From: Caecitellus pseudoparvulus | Taxonomy: Eukaryota > Protista > Bigyra: Bicosoecida | Direction of reading: 5' to 3' | Assembly (NCBI GenBank): GCA_965644315.1 | Contig: CBFFRQ010000056.1 | Span: 310,001 to 374,000 of the forward strand | DNA length: 64,000 nucleotides | Shown: positions 1 to 11,827 of the stretch, one piece after another | Layout of the letters: every line of letters starts with the position of its first letter | Position numbering within the stretch: the first letter of the stretch is position 1 | The notes under the pieces: model-generated | What the model was told of the DNA's origin: nothing | The model's input: the letters and a program-made list of their open reading frames with translations, nothing else | The model's database searches: none | Made by a program: the position numbers and the translations under genes

Positions 1-945
1 CGTGTGCACAGTCACTGGCGTGATGCGGGCAGCATGCACTTGGGCATTCACCGTCGCTACCCACTCTCGCAAGTCAAATGCATCGCTCGCCTGAAAGAGC
101 AGCGCCGTCGGCTCTCGCTGCGGTGTGGCAAGAATGCCACCCCAGCAGTCTGTTGACAAGTTGCTGTCAGCCCGGGAAAGGCGGCCTGTCAGCGTGCCGG
201 CGCGTTTACGGCTTGTGTGGACGGGGCTGGCGCTGCCACTGGATGCCAGGCGAGCAGCACGAGCTGCGGCTGCCTTGGCAGCAATGGCAGCACCTACGTC
301 TGAGGCTGAGCCGCCTGGGCTGCCCATGAGTGAACCCTCCGTCATGCTACGGCCTCGCAGGAAGGGTGCCGGCCGTCCTGGAGGCGAGGTACGAACTGGC
401 GACGCCTGCTCCTTCCCAGCCCCCGCACCTGCGCCTGCCCCATGCCACGTTGCAGATGTTTCGTCCAGCTGTTGCTGTGCGGAGGCTTGTTGCGGCCTGC
501 TGGATATGTCGGGTCCACTGAGCAGCGCCCAAACAAAGTTCCGTTCAGGCTCAGCAGGGTCATCCTCAGACTGACAAACAGCTTGTCGCAGGCCGGGCCC
601 CCACAAGGACACTGCCTGAATTACTTCTTCTGGGCGGCACGTGTGGGAAGCAAAGACGACGAGAAACGTGCCAGACACCACGACGAACCTCCTGTGCCAC
701 TCATATGAGACACGGGATCCCCGAAAAGCCGATCTGGATGTACTGGATACACGCTGCTGAAGGTAACCGGAGAAGGCAGTCCCAGATGGTAGGGGTGGCC
801 ACACAGCAGTCGGCCACTCCTTGTGAAGCCAGCGGAAAGGGTGGAGGGGGCCAACCCACTTGGTACTCTGGTACCACTTGCTGGCGTGCACGTCATGGGA
901 GGGGTCTTGCACCGCATGCGCGGGCTCAAACTGGCTAGCAGACAT
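1..945 (-). CDS. PH-domain protein with a large insertion inside the PH domain; 3'-partial, runs off the window
   Basis: Not in the ORF track because there is no stop in the window. Manual translation from ATG 945 is open to base 1: MSASQFEPAH...FSGYLQQR...YEWHRRFVVVSGTFLVVF...[low-complexity insert]...LLFQASDAFDLREWVATVNAQV. These are typical PH beta1-beta3 strands plus the C-terminal Trp helix. The start codon is uncertain. Confidence 0.7.
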   Translation of the reverse strand, partial: MSASQFEPAHAVQDPSHDVHASKWYQSTKWVGPLHPFRWLHKEWPTAVWPPLPSGTAFSGYLQQRVSSTSRSAFRGSRVSYEWHRRFVVVSGTFLVVFASHTCRPEEVIQAVSLWGPGLRQAVCQSEDDPAEPERNFVWALLSGPDISSRPQQASAQQQLDETSATWHGAGAGAGAGKEQASPVRTSPPGRPAPFLRGRSMTEGSLMGSPGGSASDVGAAIAAKAAAARAARLASSGSASPVHTSRKRAGTLTGRLSRADSNLSTDCWGGILATPQREPTALLFQASDAFDLREWVATVNAQVHAARITPVTVHT

Positions 946-1299
946 ACAAAGCGTTGCTGCCCTGTCGCCCGCTCTGGTCGATGCTGGCTTGCACCACTTG
1001 GTGCAGCTGCGGAAGTTGAAGGGGACGCACCTGCACCCCTCGCGCAAGCCTGGGAGCCGTGGATCAAACGGGCAGGAAGGCAGGAAACAAGCCTAGCTTC
1101 AAGCGGTATTCTATCCCTTTTTTGTTGTTCGGGGCTTCACATCTTGTGGCTCTCATGTATTGTCTGCGCTGCGTGGCTGGGCAGCAGCGCCGGTTGCCAG
1201 GGAGAAGAGGACACAAGCTGCATTTCAACAAATCCGGACAGGCTGTTGTCCCGCTGCTGACCCAGAGAGGACTGCAACAGAGGAACACTGTCGTACACC

Positions 1300-3328
1300 C
1301 TACAAGCAACGGCGTTCAACGATACCGGCTCCATCCTCCTCGTATTCAGCCTTGGAGATCCAGAGTTGCTGGAACGTGCCGAGGGACGAGAGTACCGAGC
1401 CTCCCATCCACACGCCGAACCGCTGCTCCAGCCGACCTGGAGTCAAAACTCGCGGTTTGAAGGCTTGGGGGAGCATGCGGCCCAGCTCAGAGGCAAACCT
1501 GCTCGTGAGGCCTGGGACAAGGGAGCCCCCACCCGTTACCAGCACGTTGGACGCCAGTGCTTGCCTAAGCTCAGGGTCACAGGCAGACAGCGCAGTGTTG
1601 GCCATGCGGTGAATGGGCTGAGGAAACACCGTTGTCCCAGTCAGGGTCGTGATGGACCGGGGAAATCGGCTCTTTCGGTGCAGCATGATGCGCGCCATGG
1701 CTTGGTGCACTGGGGATAGGGCGGATGCCAGTCCAGGCACAGCACCGAAGTCCACCATGTTGCTATTGTTCAAGCGGGCACCCACAACCATGTATGTGAT
1801 GAGTGGAGCAGGCTCAAAAAGCACCTCTCCGACACAGCGCGCCTCGTGCTCCAGTGCCAGGGGGCTTGTGGAGGCTGCCGCTCCGGGCACGTGGTAGGCA
1901 GTGCTTTCTTCCAGGGATTCGTCACCCTGGTCTTCTGAGCCGCTCGTCGGTGTTTCCACATCATGGCTTTCGCCCACCACCGCGGCTCCTGCAGCTGTGC
2001 GCTTGGTGCCTCTGCCGCGAGGTGCCTTGGCAGCCTGGCCGCCGCTCGCAGCGGCCGCTTCTGCAGCATCAGCGGAGCCAGTTGCAGTCGAGGCAGTGGA
2101 GGCGTCCACCATCTTGACTTGCGGCGGAGGCTTAGGGAATGAGAGTGATTTTGATGCAAGGTAGGGAGTGCTGTTCACGAGAGTTGTGCTGGCCTTCACG
2201 TCCTCTAGTGCCCAAAGACGCATGGCTTCGTCATAGCTGGCAGTTGTGCCAAAAGCATCAATGTACGAGTCTTGCAGCTCGCCACCTTGCTGGCCCCCTT
2301 CACTGACATCACTTGGAGAGGCAGGCGTGCCAGTGCGGCGCTTGCCCCACGCGCCCAACCCTGCCAGGTGCGCTTGGAAGGTGCTGCCGCTGGCCGGAAG
2401 ATCCATGCTTGGCACACCGGCCGCTGCCAGGGCCCTGGCGAGGCCCTTCTGAGCACTGTACTGCTTAGGGAGCGAGTGGTCAAAGGATCCCAAGACCATG
2501 TCGGTGTATGAAGTCAAGGCCGCGCCGCCCAGGACACTCTGCTGCACAGACCTGCTCAGCAATCGCCCGTCGTACACTGCTGACACTCGCGTGTGCTCCG
2601 CCCCGAAATCGACTACCAAAGAAGTTGGTCGCCCCACCGAAAAGGCAGCTAGCACGGGGGTCTTGCCAAGGTAGAGCGCTGGAACGCCGCCTTCTTCGAA
2701 GAGGGTCTCCACCAACGCTTCCCGCTGGGCTTGCGGGGCCAGGGGAACTTCTGAGAGCAGCAAGGGGTGCTCAGCCATCTCAGCACCTAGGGAGGCATAG
2801 CCATGCGCCAAAATAGCGCCCCACGCATCCCAGTTTGAGATGAGTCCGTCGTGCATGGGCTTGATCATGCTTTGTCCTGGTCGGTGCTTCCGGGCCCCGT
2901 CCCCCACGAACATCCTCACGGGGCCGCAGCTGATGGCCCCGGCACGAAAGTCATCCAACATGGAAGGCTTGCTACCTGGCATGCTAGTTTCCTCCGAAAC
3001 TTCTGCAGCAGTTGAGCTGGGGCCGTGGGCGCAGGCGGCCAGGCCAGGCATCCACTCCTGACGCTGGTCCAGCACACCAACCTGGGTGGGTACAACGACT
3101 GACGGCATGCTATGCCCGCCAAAACCCAGCTTGAAGCTGTCATGGCCAGCATCTACAACAACAGCGTTAACATCATCTGCGGGGGGAGCAGCGGCGTAGG
3201 CACGTGGGCGTGCAGGCACATCGTCCGAGCGGAAGTTGGAGCTTCAAAAGTAGCGCCAGTGGCCGCGTTTTCTTGCCTGCTGGCTCCAAGTACACGCATG
3301 TAAAACTAAACTTACCACCACAATACAT
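1300..3328 (-). CDS. ARP4: Nuclear actin-related protein 4 (ACTL6/BAF53 family); exons 3328-3316, 3176-1300
   Basis: A 13-nt first exon ATGTATTGTGGTG, a GTAAGT donor and a CCGCAG acceptor give MYCGDDVNAVVVDAG. The C-terminus RFGVWMGGSVLSSLGTFQQLWISKAEYEEDGAGIVERRC is diagnostic of the ARP4 family. Spliced length is 630 codons, in frame. Confidence 0.92.
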
Positions 3329-3697
3329 GGTTGGTGCTTTCCTGCTTCAGCAAGGGGCACATGTGCGCAAATCAGCGCTTTGGGACCGGGCTGTGTCTGC
3401 AGCGCCTGATGGTGCTGTCTGAGCACCCTGTGCACACGCTCTGTGTGTGACTGGCTGCACACGGAGCTTTCAATGTGTGCATCCATCCGATCAAATCATG
3501 GGGTGTTCGGGTTGCGGTGTTTGTGGGAGTGGAACAGCTGAAGGTGCGCCGGCAGGCGTGCACGGAAGTCCGTTCTGCCTCCTGCACACGCTGCTGCGGA
3601 CATTTCACACCATGAATTCTTCACCCTGCGCGGCCCTTTGCCTCCCCTCTCTGCATACTCCAAGCTGTGCCTCCAGCACGGACTGGCCCCGGCCGGT

Positions 3698-5185
3698 TCA
3701 TGCCTGCCCCTCGCATGCCTGCCTCACTGCACTCATCCAAGCAAGTGCATCCGCCTTGTCCTTCCCTTGCAGCAGGTACTGGTCTGTCTTTCCACGTGAG
3801 ATGTCCCTGGGCAGCACAAGCAGGGTATTGTGGGACTTAAACGTGGCGTCAATGGTGATCCTGAACGTGGATGTGTCAATGCAGCCAGCTGGAACTGCGT
3901 CGCCTTGCTTGCGATACCACTCCAAGATTACGCCTCGCAGAACGAACCACCGTCGCTTCCAGAGCATGAATGTCCTTCCCTTTTTCTTCTTGAACAGCCA
4001 CCCCGATTTTGGAGGGGGCTGGCTCTGCGCGGCTCCGCCAGCGGACGCACTGCCGCTCGCCGCAGCAGAAGAGTCGGCTGCAGCTCTCCCCGACGCATGC
4101 TGCGCTGAGCCCTGCGACGACTCGTGTTGAGTTGACGAAATGGTTGTCACAGCATGTGGGTCCGAGTCCGCACGCAGGGAGGGCAGTGGTTTGCTGCCAG
4201 CGTCAGCGTGTATGTCTTGCGGTGCCATGGACGACCCCACCAGCGATGCACGGGGTTGGCGCGGCTTGGAGCTGCCCATGGACGCATCAGCACCCTGCGC
4301 ACCAGGTGGCCCGCTTCCAGACCCGCTGTCAGCCTGTCCACCTCGAGGTGGAGGGGGCGGTCGCAGCGCAACAAAACTGCTCCGGCCACCCCGCATGGTG
4401 AAAGAGCGCAAGGTGCCAGGGGAAGCTTGGGAGGGAGACCGGCTGGGCAGCGTCGGGGAGGATGTGGACAATGCTGCCCCACCGTGCCCCGAACTGGACA
4501 GCGCTGGAGACCCGCTCGGTGAGTGGCTTTGGGCCTGGCGCACCGTTGCTGCAGAGCGCACTCTAAACAGCTTGTCTGAGTCCTGAAAGGGGTCCTTCCC
4601 GCTCACCGACTCTAGCCACCCGCCCTCCACCAAGGCGAGTCCAAGCTGCACAGCTTCCTGCACAGTGCCCACTTGCAAGGTGAAACGGAACCACTGCACG
4701 ACTTCTCGTGCAACCACACAGTCAGGGTAACTGCGGAACCTCATCGACCGGTCACGGACAAGTCCTGCAGCACGCATCCTGGCAACAAGACTCCAAAGGG
4801 TGGCCGAATAAAACGTCCGGGGTGGAACAAAGCTAATAACGGGACTGCTGCCCGCGACAGCAGCCAACAGGGCCCTGGACGGGTGTTGTCGTGGTCGGAT
4901 GTGCAGAGGCAGTGCAGCACACGGAGAGCCAATGGACACTGCAGTTAAGTCCATGGTGAACCTCCCACGGTGGTCTGTGACGAGCCTGGTCAGCGATTGA
5001 AGCAGCCAGAAAAGCGATGCTGCTAACCACCACGGGCCAGCCCAGCAGGAGTGCTGCTAGCGTTGCCCCTGCTCTGGCGTTTCACCTTGCCTGGCGTGAA
5101 GGAAGGCAAGTAGTGACGGGAGGCTGCCGCTGTACGAGGTGCCGAGCCAAGGCAGACGCATGCGGAGGGGCATCGCGATGTCCAT
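3698..5185 (-). CDS. DEP domain + C-terminal PH domain protein; probable exons 5185-5086, 4974-3698
   Basis: DEP motif RDRSMRFRSYPDCVVAREVVQWF...EAVQLGLALVEGGWL...PFQDSDKLFR. PH motif KSGWLFKKKK...WKRRWFVL...ALAWMSAVR. The first exon is inferred from a GTGAAA donor and CTGAC...CACAG acceptor that restore frame; the 5' model is less certain. Confidence 0.8.
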
Positions 5186-5209
5186 AGCATTATCAATTTG
5201 GCACGGATC

Positions 5210-5216
5210 TATAAAG
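5210..5216 (+). promoter_or_regulatory. TATA-like element in an ~85-bp divergent spacer
   Basis: TATAAAG about 60 nt upstream of ATG 5271, between head-to-head genes. Confidence 0.3.
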
Positions 5217-5270
5217 CCCCACCTCTGCAGGTCGCCTTGTGTGGAGTGGCCTTTGCCGTGCGAGTGGCAC

Positions 5271-8200
5271 ATGCCTGCCATGCCGCTCCCTCGGCCGCCT
5301 CCTCGTCCGCCTGCTGCACGTGCCAGGCCACCCGAAGCAAGTGCCACAAAGGCCCCTGTGCATGCACCAAGACCACCAAAACCAGCACAAGCTATCAGTG
5401 GGATCCCACACCCTCCGCGTGAGTATTTGCGGCATATCTGACGGGGGGCAGCCTTGGTCGCTCTGCGACTCTGGCGTCGGTGTCATTGCGTGCTACAGCA
5501 CCACACGCCGCATGTGCACGCAGGCCAAGCACCCAAACGAACACCTTCACATGCGTCGCCACGTCCTCGTCCACCCGTAAGCTCGGGGAAGGGTTCAGGC
5601 AAGCCCACTGGGCGCCTGGTGTCGGTGGCTGGTGCTCGACTGCCACGGCCTCCCCCTCCAGTCAAGCCAAGTGGAGCCAAGCGCGAAGAGGGCGCGGTGC
5701 GAAGTCCGCAGAAGGAGAGCTTAGCCCCCCAAGCCGACCCGAGTCCCACTGGAGAGCTGAGCAAGGGCACAAGGCGCTCAGTTAAACCTGAGCTGGCGAA
5801 AGCCATCAAAGCTCATGGTGGTGTCAGGTCGTTGCAGCGTCCTAAACCGACGGCCGCGCGGAAACTGCAAGGTAGCGGACAACCTGGGCGCTTGAAGAGC
5901 AAGTGGCCTCCCAAGGTTTCATCTGACCTTCCGGAAGGGGAGGCTACCAGTGCGGCCCCCGGGGAGGCAGTTCACGCGTCTGTCCGCGGGCGCAAGGGTG
6001 AGAACGGAGGCAGCCCAGCCCAGCGAGCGTCACGACAATCTGTAAAGTCAATGAGCGAAGCTGGTATGGTGTCCAAACGTTTGCGTGCTGGCTCTTGGCA
6101 GCGCTCGAGCTCCAAGACCACCTCCCGCAAGGGATCTGCGAGCGGTGCACCATTGCCAGGGGTTTCGGAGGAAAACCGGCCCGCAAAGGAGGCGCAGGAG
6201 ACAAGAAGCAAACAAGCAGACGCTTCACCCGATGCAGGAAGCGTGACAGGTACACTTCCTGCCGTGGCAATGTCTACAAAGCTTGCTGGCGCCATGCCAA
6301 CGGCTGCAGAAGAATCGCCTGAGCCTGCATCGAGAGCACAAGGGATAGACCCCTCAGGAGCACGAGGGTTGACCGGGGGGTCGCAACAGGCGCCGAGTGC
6401 GCACACCTTGCTTGACAGCGAGCACCCAGCCCTGGACCTTGCCCGCCGTCTCCGCGCAGCCCAGGCAGACCTTGCGGCAGTGCTGCACACGCTGTACTTG
6501 CAGTTGCACTCGGCGAGGGAACCCGCAAGCGGTGGCGCTCCTTCATCGCCGGGGCTGTCGCTTTCTCTCGCGCAAGAGCGTACTGTGGTGGAGTCTGCGA
6601 GTGTAATTGCTCGCCCCATAGTTCAGGAGGGACGCAGCTCGAACACTGGCGTGTCTGCGGAAGCTGAAGTTGAAGACGAACGCAAGCGTGCAACGTCAGC
6701 ACTCTTGGCAGTCATCCCTTTGCTTCCGACACACATCAAGGCTGCACTGTCTGCCTCCCTGCCTGAACGCTGCCCTGTGCTGCGCCATGCGCTCGCGTCG
6801 CATGAGGTTGAGGGTGCGGCTTCAAGTACAGGGGGGGGGGGCGCAGGAGGACCACCCCGCCCCGAAGCAGTAAGTTGTCCTGTGGGGCCTTCAAGTGGTA
6901 ACGCTGCGGTGGGCTCGAGGAAAGAACCAAGTGCTGGCACCGGGGCTCAAACCCAGCATCCCCACCCTGGGGCACCAGGACTCAGCTCCGGCAAACCGCG
7001 CATCGCAGCGAGAGGCAGGGCGGCTAGTCCCCTTCCGGTTTCATATGGAGGCATTCGTGCAAGCAAGGGCAGGGCCGGCAGCGTGGTTTTTGTGGGGGGC
7101 AGCCCCGAGCAGCGGGCACGAACGAAAGTCCCACATCGAAAGAAGCAAGGTGGAGCAGCACGCGGATCTCCTCAGCCAGGCAGCCAGAGTAGGTCGTATG
7201 GAAAGGGCGATTTGAAATTTCACCAAATTAGCACCCGCACCGTGGATTCTGGCCACAGAGCAGCTCGGACTGCCGGCAGGCAGACTGCAACGAGCAGGTC
7301 AAGGCAGGACATCCACAGCCGACTGTCACCCACAAGGGAGCAGCAGGCATGGGATCAGCATCAGACCGCGAGTCATGGGCAAGTAGGTGACAAGTCTTGT
7401 GGTGCTCGGTCTCGCCGGGGTGGCGGAGGCAAGCCCCGATATCGCGACGCGGCAACCACTGCCCCCCACTCGGCGAGCCTTGCTTTAGCCTCTTCTCCGC
7501 AGCACCCTACTCAAGGATCACCTACTTCTATGCATTCACGTGGTTCTCAGGCTGGGCAACACCCGCGGACGCGTTCTGGGGAGGGTGCTACTCCGGGGAC
7601 CAATCGGCCACTCTCATTGCAGGAAGCCGAGTACTTGGACAGGCTGCTGCAGGCTACGCAGGTGTCACTTGGAAATCTTTGGCCATCAGTTCGCACGCCA
7701 GCTGCCACCCATAGCTCTGGTGGCGAAGCTGGTCAAGAATCCTTCCAGCAGAGCCCGAAGCCGTCCCCAGCGACAGCAGGAGTTGGCAGCACAGGCCTGC
7801 CCGGCAACGAGGCACTGCAGCCAAGTGGGCACGAGGGAGCTGAAAGCACACTGTCGATCGCCTCCACACTGGACTCTTTCTCGACTTCAGACTCTGAAGC
7901 TGGCTCTGACATTGACGCCGAGGAGGCAGCGCAGTGGCTGCACTTTGGGCACAGGGAATCAAGGCAGACGGCACTCCCAGTCAGAGGCGACACTGGAGCA
8001 ACTTTGGGGACAAGTTCCCCGACTCTCGCCACCATGCCGCCCGCTCTGCATGAGGCCCCGACATCCCAGCTGCTCGCCTGCGAACCCGTGGAGATCGTGG
8101 AGGAAGCGGCACCCATCTTGCACCGAAGAGCACCCCCTGTGCGCCCCCTGCGTGCCCCCCAAGCAAGTCCAAGACACGATGCAGTCCAAGCCCAGCTTCC

Positions 8201-8462
8201 CTCATCTAAAGAGTCGAGTCACCTTGGTGCCGCTGCTACTGCGTCACCCCAGCAAGCACGTTCTGCGAGTGGCGCAGCTAGCCCGCGGTATTGGAGAAGA
8301 CAGCGGGCCCCAGCGCAGTCGAGCACACCACAGGCTGGGGGATCTGTACGAGGGGGCAATGGCTACTGGCGCAAGGAGGGTGTGCTGGGAGAAGTTGCGG
8401 CCAGCCGGGAGGCGGGGCGCATGGACCCGACTACCAACTGGGCCAATGCACTTCGCCGGTAA
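5271..8462 (+). CDS. Hypothetical intrinsically disordered Ser/Pro/Ala/Arg-rich protein (~1030 aa); exons 5271-5418, 5524-8462
   Basis: 1002-aa ORF. A GTGAGT...ACGCAG intron (5419-5523) joins an upstream Pro-rich exon in frame. No recognisable domain. Confidence 0.65.
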
Positions 8463-8601
8463 ATGGGTCCTCGTTGATGCAGCCAAGATGAGCAGCGCTT
8501 ACAGGCACCAAAACCAAAGCCCTGAAAGTCCTCTGCACCATGCCGCCCCTTCACCCACAAGCGAATCAAGTCGTCTCATAGGCCATCAGTTTACAAGCAC
8601 A

Positions 8602-9447
8602 ATGACTCTCGCGAGGGCCAAGCAGGGGGTTGCCCAGGTTCTTACGCATGCGAAGCAGCTCAGGGCTTGCAGCTCAGTCTCCTTCACAAAGCGTGTACCC
8701 GCAGGCGACGATAAGCCCAGGCTTGTGTGCGACACTTGCTCCTTCGTTCAGTACCAGAACCCGCTCATCGTCGGCGGGGTGGTTGCGACCACGCATAACA
8801 AGGTTCTTCTGCTCAAGCGGGACATCGAGCCTCGTAAGGGGTACTGGACGTTGCCTGGGGGTTTTATGGAGTGTGGAGAGTCCGTGCAAGCTGGTGAGTG
8901 TGCGCAGCGCGTGTGCCCGTGCTGGTGTCCATGCTGTTGAGCAACACGCCTGGTGTCAATTTCCGCTCATGCAGGTGCCGCAAGGGAGGCTGAGGAGGAG
9001 GGGCTGGCCTCCGTGCAAGTCAAGCACCTTCTGAGCATGTACTCTGTGCCTCACATCAGCCAGGTGCACGTGTGGTTCCTGGCGGACTTGCTTCTCCCAG
9101 AGCACCCTGCAGCACAAGCTGCCGCTGCCTCACGTGCACCTGTGGTAGTTGTGGATGGCGAGCAAGAGCCCGGTAGAACCTGTGAGCAGGCTCTTGGCTT
9201 TGGCCCAGGGCACGAAACAACAGCTGCAGGCCTGTTCCCGATCGAGGATATTCCCTGGGACTCGCTTGCTTTCCCGTCAGGAAGATGTGAGTCAAGGCGG
9301 CGGCGACCCTGAGCAGCGTTGTGCCTGTTTGAACTGTGCCTTCCGCAAGGCTTTCTCGCAGATGCATTGGAACACTTCATCCGCACGAGGGGCTCTGCGC
9401 CGCACACAGATGTTCGCACCATTTCTAAGCAGCCAGGGCTTCCGTGA
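8602..9447 (+). CDS. Nudix hydrolase with N-terminal zinc-ribbon-like segment (NUDX23/FAD-diphosphatase-like); exons 8602-8893, 8975-9286, 9362-9447
   Basis: VPAGDDKPRLVCDTCSFVQYQNP...WTLPGGFMECGESVQAG|AAREAEEE: the Nudix box is rebuilt across a GTGAGT intron. IPWDSLAFPS motif present. An alternative in-frame ATG lies at 8488. Confidence 0.88.
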
Positions 9448-9478
9448 GCTGCTGTTCCACCCTGAGGAAGCTAAGCTG

Positions 9479-11365
9479 CTACTTTTCCTTCCCAGGGAAG
9501 TGTACCGGGGTGTGCGCTGGCCACAGAGCATTGGTCGGCAAATGGGTCAGCAATCCTGTCTTCAACCCTGCCAGCGTGCGCACTTGCTCATGCTGCATCC
9601 AGCTTGAGACCTGGTACGAAGGGTACACGCCGTAGTCCCGGACCGCTGCCAAGGTGCGGCTTTTTGATTGAAAGAAAGGCGTCAATGCAAGTGATGCGAG
9701 TTGATAAAACACACAAGAAGGACCACGGGTCGCTTCGAAGGTCCGAAGGCCGCTGGAAACGGCTGATCGTGCCGCCACGGCAGGAGCAAGGCCAGTGGCA
9801 GTTCGAGCTGATAGGTGGTGTAGCCCGCTGGCACGGGCGCCTGGAACACCAGCCTGCTCACGCGCAGCCGCGTCAGTGTGACGCTCTGCTGTCTTCGTCG
9901 CTCCGCTCGGGTACAAGAGCGGCAGGAGCTCTGCTAGGCTGCTTTGCCCGTGCCGCAGCAAGTGCAGTGCTTGCGGGCGCAAGTCAGGAGCAGCCCCAAG
10001 TGCAACGTCACCTTGGTGCGCGCACGGCACCAATGCAGCCCGCAGACAGGCAGCCAATGCGAGTGAATCTAATAGGCCCATGTTTGCGCCCTGCCCCAGC
10101 TGAGGAGACGTGCCATGTGCAGCGTCGCCAACCACAATCACGTTGCCAGAGGGATGGCGCCATCGGGGCAAGTGCACATGGTTATACTCGGCATACGCAA
10201 AGCTGTCGAGGCTGGACACCTGCTCCTTCACCATGCTACTCAACTCTGGCCACTGCAGTGTGTGTTGGATGTCGTTTGCCCAGGCGTCTGGGCCTGCATC
10301 CTGCCAACGCAGGAAGGAGTCTCCTCCCTCAGGAAGGCTCCAAAACAAGGCCACATGCGGGGGTGCATCATGGCCCTCCGCAAGCCTCCCCACTGGCAAC
10401 GCGCCAGCCATGATGTGGGCGCCCCGGTACTTTTGCTGCAGGGTAGCGGACCACTGAGGGTCTGGACAAGGCACCGCCGCCCACGAAGCACCGAAGGAAA
10501 ACTTCTTCACGCCCTTCTCAAACTCGGCCAAGTCTTCCTTGGCAGAGGAAGCCACCGGCTCCGTGGTCAGCCCCTTGCCCGGCACCCACTTGCATCCGGA
10601 CAAGCTATGCTTGCCTTGCACAACCCTGCGCAGGCGAGACCACGTTCCGTCTGCCACGATCACCAAGTCAAAGGGCTCATCCCCCCAAGGAGCACTGTGT
10701 TTGATCCAGCTGTCTGGATCTGAACCCCACTCGCTGTTCTCTCGTGTGATGTGCTTGTCCACCTGCAACCTGTGATGCGGCGTGTTGCGATCAACAATTT
10801 CCGCAGCATCTGGCGTCCGGCCGGCGAGCAGCAGCGCTCCTCCTGAAGGCTCATGCTGGACAACATCGTGCACGGTATATCCCAGATGAAGCTGAATGGA
10901 TCCACCGGCAGCGTCTAGTGGCTCTGGAGAGCCATCTCCTGCTGCAGCAGACGGGCCCTGCGTGTTTCGGTCGCCCACTGCGTGCCCTTCACGTCTCTTC
11001 ACGGCGCTCATGAGCATTTCAAAGAGCGCCCCACGGTGAATGCCCAAGCCATGGAGACCTTCCTCATTGTCATCATAACCAAGGTCGAATACCTTTCGCT
11101 GATTCAGCACAGACTGGCCCCAGAGCCTCTGAATTGCGTGACCTTGCTCTAGCGCCTGCTGGTGCAGACCCAAGTGGGCCAACACTGAGAGACCGGTCGG
11201 CTGCAGAAGCAAGCCAGCGCCCTTTGGTCTCGCCACATGAGCCTTCTCGATCAAATGCACGTCAGCAGCACACCAATCCCGCAAAAGACAAGCCGCTGCA
11301 GGGCCTGTTGTGCCAGCACCCACAATGCCCACCCGCAATCTCGTCGCAGCAGCAGAAAGGGACAT
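9479..11365 (-). CDS. FAD-dependent monooxygenase (UbiH/salicylate-hydroxylase-like class A flavoprotein), intronless
   Basis: Rossmann motif VGIVGAGTTG, DG motif DLVIVADGTWSRLR, GD motif VVGDAAHGTSPQLGQGANMGLLD. Likely start MSLSAAAT at 11365. Confidence 0.9.
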   Translation of the reverse strand: MSLSAAATRLRVGIVGAGTTGPAAACLLRDWCAADVHLIEKAHVARPKGAGLLLQPTGLSVLAHLGLHQQALEQGHAIQRLWGQSVLNQRKVFDLGYDDNEEGLHGLGIHRGALFEMLMSAVKRREGHAVGDRNTQGPSAAAGDGSPEPLDAAGGSIQLHLGYTVHDVVQHEPSGGALLLAGRTPDAAEIVDRNTPHHRLQVDKHITRENSEWGSDPDSWIKHSAPWGDEPFDLVIVADGTWSRLRRVVQGKHSLSGCKWVPGKGLTTEPVASSAKEDLAEFEKGVKKFSFGASWAAVPCPDPQWSATLQQKYRGAHIMAGALPVGRLAEGHDAPPHVALFWSLPEGGDSFLRWQDAGPDAWANDIQHTLQWPELSSMVKEQVSSLDSFAYAEYNHVHLPRWRHPSGNVIVVGDAAHGTSPQLGQGANMGLLDSLALAACLRAALVPCAHQGDVALGAAPDLRPQALHLLRHGQSSLAELLPLLYPSGATKTAERHTDAAAREQAGVPGARASGLHHLSARTATGLAPAVAARSAVSSGLRTFEATRGPSCVFYQLASLALTPFFQSKSRTLAAVRDYGVYPSYQVSSWMQHEQVRTLAGLKTGLLTHLPTNALWPAHTPVHFPGKEK

Positions 11366-11827
11366 GATAGCATACACACTCTCCGCCAAGGAAAGGGATG
11401 GGCATAAATCAAAACAAGCTTGCCACGACATGTGCGCGGCGAAACGATTGTGTTGGGCATTCCGTGAGTGGTTGCTTGTTTGTTAACAGCCTGGCGAAAG
11501 TGAAACTTCGTTCAAGAGAGAGTGATATCACGCAAAAAGAGAAGGGCTCCCTCATGGTGCAAAGATCTCTTTGCGAGGCACTGTGCGCCGGCTTGTGTTG
11601 AACAGACACCCACAGCACAGTCTGCTTCTGTGTGGACTGGTTCTTGCTCGGACGTTGGCTGCTGCTCAACCTCCGGCTCGTCGGCAAGTACTCCTGATAA
11701 CCAATTCAACGAAGGCGCCATCCAACCAGCGAGTGGTGCCAGGGCCATTCACGGAAGCTTCGTACGACTTCTCCGTCTTGAGCCTTGCGCAGGCCAGTCT
11801 CGTTCGTCTTCTGCCCACCTGCAAACC

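Noticed and set aside
5057-5059. In-frame TAG upstream of the DEP-PH ORF suggesting readthrough or an alternative genetic code
   Set aside because: It lies within a plausible GT-AG intron (5085-4975). TAG, TGA and TAA all terminate other genes normally.
7540-8487. 466-aa ORF overlapping the 1002-aa gene as a dual-coding region
   Set aside because: Only the 3' part (Nudix exon 1) is protein-like. The upstream part is an off-frame shadow expected at high GC.
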